Shown in pieces: positions 40,901-49,960 of a DNA stretch of 64,000 nucleotides. Location of the stretch: contig CAWCUS010000006.1 of NCBI GenBank assembly GCA_963798845.1, positions 384,001-448,000 of the forward strand, in the 5' to 3' direction. Under the pieces are notes generated by a model. The model worked only from the letters and a program-made list of their open reading frames with translations. It ran no database searches and was not told the DNA's origin. Every line of letters starts with the position of its first letter. Positions within the stretch are counted from its first letter, which is position 1. Source of the stretch: an uncultured Gemmatimonadales bacterium (GTDB lineage: Bacteria > Gemmatimonadota > Gemmatimonadetes > Longimicrobiales > RSA9). A program made the translations under genes and the position numbers.

Positions 40901-43900
40901 ACCAGCCGCTGGACCCGCGCGTCCGTGACCGACGGCACCGGCCCGCCGCCCTCGAGGGAGAGGGTCGTCCCGGACACGGCAGCGACGCGGACGCGTTCGC
41001 GGCCGCCGGCGCCGCCCGGGCCCCAGCTCACCTCCACCGTCTCCCCCACGCCGAAGCGCGGGAAGGCCACGTCCACAAGCCCGCCCGGCCCCTCGGCCCG
41101 CGCGTGCACCACCAGCCGGTCGGCGGCCAGCCGCTCCGCTTCGTACCTGAACCCATCGGCGCGCAGCAGCACGGCCTGCACGCCGTCTCCAGTCACCGGC
41201 ACGACCCTGTCGAACGTGGGCGCTACACGGACCCGGGTCACCACGACGGGCGTGGCCGTGCCTGCCCCTGTGAGCAGGACCACGTGCCCCGGCCGAGGAG
41301 CGGTTTTCTGCGCCCCCGGAGCGAAGCTGCCGGTGCCGTGGTCGCCGGCGAGCGTGAGCCCGGAGTAGAGCGCAGTCGCGGCATCCGGCACCCCGGGCGT
41401 GGCGGCCGCCGCCACACGGTCGAGCCGGAGCGCGTCGGCACCGTCCACCGCGGCCGCCGGCTCGGCGACGAGGCTCGCGGCGGAGATGATCCCCCGGTTC
41501 TCGATCGGCCGGGTCCCCGGCCTCGTGAGGAATCGCTCGACAGTCCATGGCCCCGCGCCGGCGATGGCCCGGTCCAGCACTACGGCATCGTAGGTCGGCG
41601 CCCCGGTCACCCGCCGCGCCGCGGGGCCGCCCGTCCCCTCGAACCGGAGCACCGTGGTCCCGGCGGCCCCGTCGGGAGCCACGCCCGGCGCCTGTGGCGT
41701 GTAGGTGACTCTCGACTCCGGCTCCGCGGCGCCGGCACGCGTCCCGAGCGCGGCCCCCGCAGTCACCCTGAAGTAGTCCACCGGCCCCGCCCCGGCCGCG
41801 CTGATGTCGCGATCGAGCTGCACGCGCGCGGGATCGCTGGCGTCGACGACGACGACCGGGATCTCCTGGCCGCTCCCTCGCACCAGTCCCATCGTTCCCG
41901 CGGCTGGCGGCGAGGCGGCCGAGAAGTCGAGCCGATCGGCGCCCGCCACCGGGACCGACGCCCCCGTGGGCGCCACGGTGGTGCGGCGAAGCTGGATGGG
42001 GCCCGTCATCCCACCGGGGAGCGGACGGTCCAGCGGCAACCGCGCCTCCAGGCGGTCGACCCTCGCCGCCGTGACGTCGGTCCCGGACGTCAGCCGCAGC
42101 AGATCGCGGGCTGCGTACGTCGCCGTGGCCCCCGCCGCCGTCAGGCCGTTCGTCACGGCCGGCTCGGCGCCGCGGACCTCCGACGATGCAGGAGCATTCT
42201 GGAGCAGCGTCACGGTGACGCCGGCGGGCCCGACGGCCGGGGCGTCGTCGTCGAAGCGGACGAGCTGCTGCGTTCCCTGAAGGCTGGAGCTGACGACGCG
42301 CGTGATGAGCAGGTCGCCCCCGCCGTCGGACAGGAGGACCAGGTCGTCCTCGGCCGGGAGGGTGCCGATCACCGGGAGGAGCATGGTGGCCCGGCGCTCC
42401 AGCGTGCCCAGCGCTACGCGCCCGCCCGGCGCCAGCTCGTCCAGAGGGCACGGCCGCGGGGCGAGCGTGGTCAGGGCGTTCGGCAGGTGGAACCCGCCGG
42501 CAGGGAACCGCGGGACCACACCGCCGGGGCAGACCGGCGACGCCCGTCCGCCCTGACGGCTCCAGTCGCCCGCGTTGGCGAAGCCGCCTCCCGCGTCGCG
42601 CATGCCCCGCAGGAGGAACGGCTGCTCGTCCTTCGGGCGGCCGCGCAGCAACGTGCCGTAGAGCGTGGGCTCGTACACGCCGCGGGGGTCCACCACGAAC
42701 GCGCGCTGGAGATCCTCGAACTCGGATGCGGGCGACCAAACGATGTGCTGCGTGGTGAAGGCTCGCCCGCCCGTCAGCCACGCCAGGAAGCCGTCACGCC
42801 GCACCGCGAACGATCCCAGCCGGTCGGAGCTGGTCAGCCCCTCGCTGCTGCCGAAGTCGCCCAGCTGGAAGCCGGTGAAGAGGCTCGCGAAGAGGTTGAA
42901 CCACCAGTCGATCCCGAAGAAGCTGACCAGGTTGTTCTGGAGCGACCACGTAAGGTCGCTGAACACCAGCCAGCCGGAGATCCCGCCGGTCGGATCGCCA
43001 CGACCCACCGGGTCTCCGCGGCACACCGCGTACTGCCCCCAGGCGCCCGGGTGCGAAGCCCCGCCGGACATCGGATCCGTCGCCTCGGCGGAAAACGGGC
43101 CGGTGGCCCGGCCGGACAACGGGCCGGTGGCCTCGCCGGACCAGGGGCCGGTCGCCTCGGCCGGCAGCGGCCCGGTATACACGCCGCGCTCGCCCCGGCG
43201 CGGGTCGCCGGGCCCGCCGTGCAGCGGGTCGGGCGCGCAGAACGACCCCGTGAGCGGGTCCACGGCCCGGAGCGGCAGGTGGACGAGCCCGTCGGCCACC
43301 ACGCCGCCGAACAGCCCGGGCACACGGTCGTGCTGGAGGAGCGCCTCGCCGAACGCGTCGCGCGGGACCCGTATGACCCGGTCGCGGCCGATGACGCGGA
43401 CGGGCGTGGCCGAGGGATCGAGGCTGAACACGGCGGCGAGCGGCTCGCCCGGCGCCCCGTCGATGCGGGCGAGGCAGCGGTGGCCGTCCCAGAGATAGAC
43501 GCAGAGGACGTCGCCCCTGGGTCCCGTGACCGCCCATACCCGCCCCGCCGGGTCGCGGTGGTAGCGCCGCCCGGGAAGGCGGCGTGCGTCGCGACGAACC
43601 CCCGCGGCGTCATACTGGAAGGAGCGCGTGATGCCGTTCTCTCCCATGGCGCGGATCCGTCCGGCGCCGTCGCGGCCGAGGATCCGGCGGCCGCCGGGCG
43701 AGACGATGCTCGCCAGCCCGCGCGCGCCGTAGGCGTAGGTCCAGGTGGCTGCGCTGCCGCCCGCCCCGTCCACCATGCCGATGACACGTCCCCGCTCGTC
43801 CCTGTGCACGCGCACGCCGTCGACTTCCCGCAGCTTCCCATCCTCGCCCCAGCGGTAGCGCTCGACCCAGCGGTGGTCCCCTGCGAACACCTCGCGGTCG

Positions 43901-44148
43901 AAGCCGTCGCTCCGCTTCGTCTCCCTGAAGACGACGAAGCCATCGTCGAACACCGTGCGGCCGTCGGCGGTCGCCCGGAGGTAGGTGCGATCGTCCGCGC
44001 GCACGGTCCGCAGGGCGCCCGTGGCTTCGTCGCGCTCCACGACGATCGAGGCGCCCGTGCCCGGCACGCTGATCCGGCTGGTGGTGAGCCCAGCCCCGGC
44101 TGCCGCGCCGGGGGCCGGCGTGCGCAGTTGCGCGGCGTCGTAGATCAC
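37939..44148 (-). CDS. giant RHS-core protein with HExxH zincin motif and beta-rich repeats; putative CIS effector
   Basis: YD-like repeats (RDERGRV, YDAAG, RDPAGRV, YLWDG, RDAFGE), core end DPLTGSFCAPDP...DPTG (~aa 385), HELTHTLQY (~aa 1239). Confidence 0.8.
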   Translation of the reverse strand: MIYDAAQLRTPAPGAAAGAGLTTSRISVPGTGASIVVERDEATGALRTVRADDRTYLRATADGRTVFDDGFVVFRETKRSDGFDREVFAGDHRWVERYRWGEDGKLREVDGVRVHRDERGRVIGMVDGAGGSAATWTYAYGARGLASIVSPGGRRILGRDGAGRIRAMGENGITRSFQYDAAGVRRDARRLPGRRYHRDPAGRVWAVTGPRGDVLCVYLWDGHRCLARIDGAPGEPLAAVFSLDPSATPVRVIGRDRVIRVPRDAFGEALLQHDRVPGLFGGVVADGLVHLPLRAVDPLTGSFCAPDPLHGGPGDPRRGERGVYTGPLPAEATGPWSGEATGPLSGRATGPFSAEATDPMSGGASHPGAWGQYAVCRGDPVGRGDPTGGISGWLVFSDLTWSLQNNLVSFFGIDWWFNLFASLFTGFQLGDFGSSEGLTSSDRLGSFAVRRDGFLAWLTGGRAFTTQHIVWSPASEFEDLQRAFVVDPRGVYEPTLYGTLLRGRPKDEQPFLLRGMRDAGGGFANAGDWSRQGGRASPVCPGGVVPRFPAGGFHLPNALTTLAPRPCPLDELAPGGRVALGTLERRATMLLPVIGTLPAEDDLVLLSDGGGDLLITRVVSSSLQGTQQLVRFDDDAPAVGPAGVTVTLLQNAPASSEVRGAEPAVTNGLTAAGATATYAARDLLRLTSGTDVTAARVDRLEARLPLDRPLPGGMTGPIQLRRTTVAPTGASVPVAGADRLDFSAASPPAAGTMGLVRGSGQEIPVVVVDASDPARVQLDRDISAAGAGPVDYFRVTAGAALGTRAGAAEPESRVTYTPQAPGVAPDGAAGTTVLRFEGTGGPAARRVTGAPTYDAVVLDRAIAGAGPWTVERFLTRPGTRPIENRGIISAASLVAEPAAAVDGADALRLDRVAAAATPGVPDAATALYSGLTLAGDHGTGSFAPGAQKTAPRPGHVVLLTGAGTATPVVVTRVRVAPTFDRVVPVTGDGVQAVLLRADGFRYEAERLAADRLVVHARAEGPGGLVDVAFPRFGVGETVEVSWGPGGAGGRERVRVAAVSGTTLSLEGGGPVPSVTDARVQRLVPDDPGNGSSFLARDGEAGAAPGARIDFSVWQPDAFAEDSVVGIVQGDRTWPAVVTAASQDLRVDFGADPGLSGTADLAPVTVLGSVVAGRFVRDGDALLIADDTTGIASAAGELVLVTGYRDAGNTAAGAALSAGTLLVPEDETVEIDRRQSLTDHELTHTLQYSRWGPLWFCYFPMLLLELPVELATDAERPEFGPFFDGTLTAAGHSWDLALADGADPGLSVGDTVQIVQGASAVDTVVRGVDGRTLHLRTKDGSAVPPTGAVHARHRHDGDVWSGIVDALQLFTHGGLLNSVVGTTWGGILWALGKLFWGLGRAIGGSGDLYPASVQGPERRLVRLTSAEGQSGLADATQVIIRQGDVTVVRSGGVAGDLLTLQEPLTFDGDVQVARYASLDPGNAFAWFSYHAATVPDPDNPFRIEVPGHGGDFHEQDRIEIRYRDQTFRSYVMRVDGDAVEIEDRVPVTGGETSLRVAVVGASDPMGQADSYLATELGMGWMRWLFDPWGRIGLAVGPDPAWLNMVLRVVRYLVGTQMWSMLPVLGYVFYGRFFVAEHLARIEQEASQESGDLYTPLSRVTGEVRGADGFGNRELVVGDVARLRNWTLFRASSLIDATFQDGPGVHRLSQRLRVVVDRAPTAAAAEPNGAVETGGTDPAAALYDRFTAKNPSSPRGLASATNPLGFVPSALGYIPDAPTTVRHVGGYAAFTRPGSHRLTVENDIDPSGTSASQQAQEAREAQDRERQTVFFDVTARDVVVQVNGQAVADGGTIRLVHTQEALVTVAPDGVEAGARRFRATVTRPDDGPVLRIRNDRRLLAQDTDGAGEPVEVCRFYAFDPATGSYADPSLAAFGTHLGGDLYIPVRRFTVDVVATVPLRGSADPAAAALTELAQGAEGVLLVPTALRGAVSLTRIDGHAPGAGDPVPAVTRVDDPGEAVRAFLGTAGVAFTVRFPADPAVAGTVPVVLSIPVGVPGGLTSTLTASFDLVPA
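43063..43182 (-). repeat. in-frame 24-bp degenerate tandem repeat (4-5 units)
   Basis: Encodes VYTGPLPA-EATGPWSG-EATGPLSG-RATGPFSA-EATDPMSG. Confidence 0.85.
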
Positions 44149-47100
44149 AGGCCGATGCTCCCGCCGACGCTGACGGAGCCGCTGGCTCCGGCGTGGCTCG
44201 AGGCGTAGCGAATGGACTCCAGCAGCGCGACGATCTCCGCCTTCACCGCCTCGATGGTGTCGTCGATGGCGTCGGCGACGGTGGGGGCGATGGCGTTCAC
44301 GGTCTCGATCATTCCGGGAACGTCCAGGTCGTTCAGCGCCTCGCCCACCGCGTCCAGCTCCTCGCCCACGCCTTCCAGCGCGTCCAGCGGCAGCAGGCCG
44401 GGGACGCGGTCGATCTGCGCCCGGATCGGTGCCAGGTCCGGGACCAGCCCCGCCGGGTCGAGCCCCCGCACCGCCGCCGCCGCCGCCGTCACCAGCTCGT
44501 CCAGCTCACGGGCGAAGACGGCAGGGTCGTAGGCCGTGAGCGCGGCCCGCACCGCCGCGTGGACCTCCGCCAGCTCGTCGGCCAGCCGGCGCGGGTTCAG
44601 GAGGTCCAGCTCCTCCCGCAGGACTTCGAGAACGACGAGCAGGCGCTGCGCCTGCGCGCCAGGGTTGTACCGGTCCACGAGGCGACGCACGCGCGCCTCG
44701 AACTCCGGCACCAGCGCCTGCAGCGTCGGCAGCGCATCCGCCGCCAGATCGAACGCCCGGGCGATCAGGGCATCGAACGCAGCAGCGATCGGCTCCGGGT
44801 CCAGCGCGTCCAGAAAAGCGTCCAGGTCCTCGCCGATGGAGGCGAGGGCGCACGACTCGAGCGCCCCGGCGACCCGGTCGATCCGGTGCGCCGCGCCTCC
44901 GCCGAGCCCCGCGACCGCTCCGCCCGCGCGCTCCGAAAGCAGCCCGAGGGCATCGTCCAGCTCGCGTTTCAGCGCTTCGCCGCTGACTCCGGCGACCAGC
45001 TCTCCCGACGCCTCCACATCGATGCCCGCCTCCGCGAGCACCGTGGCGTGGGCCGACAGCGACAGGTGCGCGTCCACCTGCGCCTCCGCCACCGGCCGCA
45101 GCAGCGCGTCCAGCTCCGACTCGAGACGCTCGTCGATCCCCATCAGCTCCGCCTGGAGCCGCCTCAGGTCCGCGGCCAGCCCGCCGCACAGCCGCTGGAG
45201 GCCGGTCAGCACCTGCCCAGCTCCGCCCGCCTCGAGGCTCCGGAGAGCCTCGTGCAGCCGCGCCGGTATGAAGCCGACGAGGCGGATGATGTCGCCGGGG
45301 CGGAGCCCCTCCGGCAGCGCCGGCACGCCGCCGACCCCGGCATCGGTGGGCGTTCCAGGCCGCGCCTGGCCGCCGCCCCCCGCCGCCCCGGTGCCGGCCG
45401 CGGCCGTACCTCCGCTCGCCGCGGCTCCGCCAGCCGACCCGGCCGCCGCCGCCAGCGGCGCCGCCGCCGCCCGGGTCGCGGCCTCGCCCGCCGTGGACAC
45501 CACCTGCCCGGCGCGGCTCGCGATGGTGGCGGGGTCGGGCACCGGGAGCTGACCGAGGAGCGAGTCGTACGCATCGATGGCCGGCCGGAGCAGCCGGTGC
45601 GGCTCGAGGCGGTCGAAGACCTCGACCAGGTCGGCGAAGGCGTCGGCCGCGGGCGCGACCAGGGCGGGCACGTCCACGGCTTCCAGCGGCGCGGCAACCG
45701 CGTCCAGCTGCTCCGAGATGCCCGCCGTCAGAGACGACAGGTCCATGGCAGTGAGCTGCTGAAACAGTCCGTCCAGCTCCGCCTGGAGGTCCTGCGCCAC
45801 GTTCTCGGGAATCAGGTTGCTGATGGTCTCGGCCACGGCGTCGAGCCCCTCCTGGACCGTGTCGCCCGCGTCCGGCGGAAGCTGGAGCAGGTCGGCCGCG
45901 GCGCGGAGCGGCTCGCCGATTGCGGACTCCAGGTCGATCGCCCGGACCTGCTCGGTCAGCTGCTCGACCACGGGGCGGAGCTCGTCGGGCAGCGGCGCGG
46001 CGGACAGGAGCTCGGACGCGGTCTCGCGGAGGGATGAGAGCGTCTCGACGACGGACCGGGTCGCTTCCTCGATCCCCGCGTCGTCGATGAGCGCCCGGAC
46101 CGCGTCCACGGCCTCGCGGAACGAGCGCAGTCCGTCGACGACCTGCGCCAGGATCGCGCTCGCTTCGGCGGCCAGCGCGTTGATCTGGTCGGTGATGGTC
46201 CCCAGCGCCGCCTCGACCTGGTCGAGCGCGTCCGACAGAAGGCCGGCCAGCTCGGCCGTGGCCTGGTTCACCACCTCCTCGAGGTCCAGGCTCTCCAGCG
46301 CCTCGGTCAGCGTGTCCAGCCCGCCCCGGATCTCGCGCGCCACCCGGTCGAGCTCGGCCCCGGCAATGGCGCGCGCGACCTCCTCGATCTGCGCCGTGAT
46401 GTCGTTGCGGATGCGCCGGATCGGCAGCTCCCGGAGCAGCCCCCGCAGCCAGGCCTCCAGCCGCTCGATCTGCTGGTCGAACACGGCGCCGATGCGCGCT
46501 TCCGCCTCGGTCTCGAACCGGTCCAGGATGGCGCGGGCGCCGTCGCGGGCCGCGTCGGCATCGAACCGCCCCATCCCGGCCGTGGCCTCCTCCAGGCGCT
46601 GGCGCCACTCGTTCAGGTCCTCGATCACGCCCAGCTCGGGGACGCGCAGACGGTCCGCGGCGTCGGCGATCACCTGGAGCGCGCGATCGAGCCCCAATCG
46701 GTCCAGCGCGGTCCCGACGCCCCGCAAGTCGTCGCCGAGGTGCCGGATCGTGTCCGCTCGGACCCTGGCCAGCTCCGCCAGCGCGGTGCGGAGCCCGTCG
46801 ATGTCGCCGGCATCGGCAGCCACGCGGACCTCGCCGAGCACCCGCACCACGCCCTCCACCCGCGTGGGCGTCAGCGCCAGCGCGCCCAGTCCGGTGAGCG
46901 CACCGTCCACCTGGCCGCGCACCTGCTGGAGGGCGTCGGTCGGAAACGGCAGGACGACCTCGAGGCCGAACTCCACCAGCGCCGCCGGGTCCGCCGGCAG
47001 CCCCCGCTCCACCGCGTTCAGCACGGCCCGCTGGCGGCCCACGTCCCGCGCGGTCCGGAGGGCGAAGTCGCTCACCCCTCCCGTCACGTCGCGGAGCGCC

Positions 47101-47473
47101 GTCCCGATGTCGCGATCGCCCGCGATCTCCAGCGCGTTGAGGTCGCCGTTCAGCCCCTCGACCACCGTGGCGATGATCCGGGCGCCTTCGCCGACGACGG
47201 AGACCACCTCCATGACGGCGCCGTCCTCCACCCGGATCTCCCCTGCCAGATCGCCGAGCGCCGAAAGCAGCGGCGCCACGAGCGCTTCCGGGTCGTCGAA
47301 GCCCGTGCGCGCCTGCTCGAGGATCGGCCCCAGGTCGCCCAGGATCGTGCTGGCCGGGCCGTCGCCCAGGAAACGCTGGAGCTCGTCCGACGAGATCGCC
47401 GTCGGAGATCAGGCCCGCGAGCGTCCAGAGTGGCCGACAGGTCGAGCCCGTTCAGGTCGTCCAGCACGCTCAC
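44145..47473 (-). CDS. ~1,100-aa amphipathic helical protein (tape-measure-like), apparent frameshift near 47400-47417
   Basis: GTG start coupled to the upstream gene (VSVLDDLNGLDLSATLDAR); removing one G and one C gives DARGLISTAISSDELQRF, continuous with ORF 44145..47279. Confidence 0.7.
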
Positions 47474-49044
47474 GGCGTGTACTCCAGCGTCAGGTTCGTC
47501 ACCACTACATCGCAGAACTGGTCGGTGGACACCACCGGCGGCACGCCCCGGAACGCGGCCGGCGCCAGATCCTGGCGCAGGAGCTGGGTGCGCGGGCCGG
47601 TGAGCTCGAGCGTGTGGCCGGCGAAGCGGATGGTCTCGCCCGCCGGGTCGGCGCAGGTCACGGCGAAGCGGATCCGAGGCGCTCCGTCATCGAGCGCCAC
47701 CCAGTGGATCCGGCCGGCGGCCACAGAGGCCTCCACCGCGATGGAGCGGTCCACATTCAGCGGGTCCGGCAGCTCGACCCAGACCACCCGCGGCCGGGCG
47801 GCGGCGAACCCGTCCACCGGCTCCACGGTGGTCGTGGCGTGCGCAGTACCCAGCGGTCCAGCAGGCTGGTCGCCGACCACCTCCAGAACGCGGATCGACA
47901 GCTCCGCGAGATCGCGGACCACGGCCACCAGCCCGATCCGGCGCAATGTTTCGCCTCGCAGCGCTTGAGGCGGCAGCACCCGGACGACGGCCGCGTTCCC
48001 CGCCAGCACCGGCCCCCGGAGGTCCCCTGGCCGGTCCGGGACGGCGTCCGAGAGCGGGTGGAGGCGGAGCCCCCGGTGGCGGATCACCACGTCGCCCGCG
48101 GCGCGTGCCGGGGCCCGCGTGTCCAGCGGCGGCGCGGGGAGCGGCAGCGGTGCGTCGTCGCCATCGCACTCGGCGACCACCTTGTCCGTGAACCGTCGCA
48201 GGACCCGGCCGGCGGCCGCCACCCCCGCCGTCCTCACCTGCCCGGGCTTGCCCGACTTCACCGTGATGGTGGTTCGTGGTCCATCGCCGGCCGCGATCGC
48301 CGCTTCGAGCGCTCGCTTCAGCGGGGCCCGCAGGTCAATGGTGGTGGGAGCGGCCAGCCTGCCACGCTGGCGCCACACTGTCTGGCCCGAGGCATCCACC
48401 GCCTCCAGGTCCACCGGCTCCGGCGCTGCCCGGGCGCTGATGGAGTCCACGCGAAATTGCCTGGGCTGGAGCCCGTCCGGGAAATCGCCCGACAGGACCT
48501 GGAGCCGGACCCGAGCCGCGTCGACGTCGGGGAGGCGTAGCACCCGATCTTCGAGCGACCCGCCGGCCAGCATGCTCGGGATGACCCCACGGTTGAGATC
48601 CAGCGGCGGCACCGCGAACGCCGGCGCCGAGAACCCGTCGCCCTGGGGAACCGAGACCGCGACCCGCCAGCCATCCGGGAGGTCGCCTCCGTCGCGGACG
48701 GCAAGCCAGTCGCCGTCGAACACCTCCAATCCTTCGAGATGGAGCGAGCGAAGGGGTACGGGCCCGTCCGGCACGGTCACCACGGCTTCGGTCCCCTCCA
48801 GGGCGCCGACGAGCGTCCCGAGCGACCGCCCCGACGAGCCGCCGGCGAGCGGGTACACGGTCAGCGACGCCGCGTCGACCTCCACGGCCGTCGCACCGGA
48901 GATGTCCGGCCATGACACGTCGAAGCCCGCGCCCTGCGAGTCCACGCTCCACGTGGCCAGCAGCGTGGGCAGGCCGACCACCTGCACCGTCTCCACCGGC
49001 TCCGCCACGAGCCCCGCGCTCCGGCCCCGCACGCGCGCGCTCAC
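47470..49044 (-). CDS. hypothetical beta-rich CIS protein
   Basis: 524-aa ORF with GTGA overlaps on both sides. Confidence 0.75.
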   Translation of the reverse strand: MSARVRGRSAGLVAEPVETVQVVGLPTLLATWSVDSQGAGFDVSWPDISGATAVEVDAASLTVYPLAGGSSGRSLGTLVGALEGTEAVVTVPDGPVPLRSLHLEGLEVFDGDWLAVRDGGDLPDGWRVAVSVPQGDGFSAPAFAVPPLDLNRGVIPSMLAGGSLEDRVLRLPDVDAARVRLQVLSGDFPDGLQPRQFRVDSISARAAPEPVDLEAVDASGQTVWRQRGRLAAPTTIDLRAPLKRALEAAIAAGDGPRTTITVKSGKPGQVRTAGVAAAGRVLRRFTDKVVAECDGDDAPLPLPAPPLDTRAPARAAGDVVIRHRGLRLHPLSDAVPDRPGDLRGPVLAGNAAVVRVLPPQALRGETLRRIGLVAVVRDLAELSIRVLEVVGDQPAGPLGTAHATTTVEPVDGFAAARPRVVWVELPDPLNVDRSIAVEASVAAGRIHWVALDDGAPRIRFAVTCADPAGETIRFAGHTLELTGPRTQLLRQDLAPAAFRGVPPVVSTDQFCDVVVTNLTLEYTP

Positions 49045-49949
49045 GCCCCGGCCTCCACCGCGAGCGTGAAGCGCGCCAGCTCGAGCCCGAGCGCCGCCGT
49101 CTCTCCTCCGCCTTGCAGCACGTGCACCACCACCCGGTCCACGGCCGCGTCATCCGGCGGCGTGTACGTGACCGTGACGACGCCGTCCGTCACGGTCAGG
49201 AGGCGACTCCCGTCGGGTCCATCATCGCCGCCCGACAGGCTTCCAGCGCCCGGGCCGCCGGCCTCGCCCAGGAGCTGGACGGCGAGCTGACCGAAGCTGT
49301 CGGAGGCCGGGCCATCGGAGCGGAGCCGGAGCGTGCCGGTCAGGTCCGCGGCGAAGCGAAGCTCCACCGGGTCCCCGCCGGCCCTGATGCGGGCGGGGAG
49401 CGCGTCGGGGGTGAGCGGCAGCGTTACCTGCCCCACCCTGACTTCCACGATCTGCACGCCCGCTTCCGCCTCGGCTCCCACCTGCCAGAACCAGCCGTCG
49501 GCCCGCAGCGTGAGGTGCGGCGGCGCGTCCTCTTCCGGACGGAGCCCTGGCCAGGATTCGTCGAGGGTCAGGGCGCTCAGCCGGAAGCCCTGGTCCGTCG
49601 CATCCACCAGCACCCGGGCCGACAGGTATTCCGGCGAGTCCAGCAGATAGAGCAGCGCGTCGATTCCGTCCATGACCTGCTCGCGGTCATTCGCGTTCTT
49701 CGGCTCGACGGTGATGGCGATGCTGCACCGAAGTCGGACCACGCGCTGTCGCTCCGGTGGCGCCGGGACTGGCTCGTGGCGGATCGCGCCGAAATCCGCA
49801 GGCAGCGGAGCGGCGTGGCGGACGCCCACCATCACGGCCGGCCCTGCGCCGCTCGGCGGATCACCCTCCACCCGTACGCGGCCGGCGAAAGGCGCGGGCA
49901 GATCGTTCCCCAGCACCGTCGCCAGCCGGTCTTCCAGCTCCGCGAGCAT
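49041..49949 (-). CDS. possible tail terminator/cap (Pvc16/gp37-like) with Ig-like C-terminus
   Basis: N-terminal pattern MLAELEDRLATVL...AVMVGV...IDALLYLL resembles tail terminators; assignment by pattern and context only. Confidence 0.5.
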   Translation of the reverse strand: MLAELEDRLATVLGNDLPAPFAGRVRVEGDPPSGAGPAVMVGVRHAAPLPADFGAIRHEPVPAPPERQRVVRLRCSIAITVEPKNANDREQVMDGIDALLYLLDSPEYLSARVLVDATDQGFRLSALTLDESWPGLRPEEDAPPHLTLRADGWFWQVGAEAEAGVQIVEVRVGQVTLPLTPDALPARIRAGGDPVELRFAADLTGTLRLRSDGPASDSFGQLAVQLLGEAGGPGAGSLSGGDDGPDGSRLLTVTDGVVTVTYTPPDDAAVDRVVVHVLQGGGETAALGLELARFTLAVEAGA

Positions 49950-49960
49950 TCGAGCCCTCC

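Noticed and set aside
39241..44208. 1,655-aa plus-strand ORF and other long antisense ORFs (e.g. 45817..48540, 48912..51812)
   Set aside because: Shadow frames of high-GC coding genes on the opposite strand; Arg/Pro/Ser-rich with no motifs.
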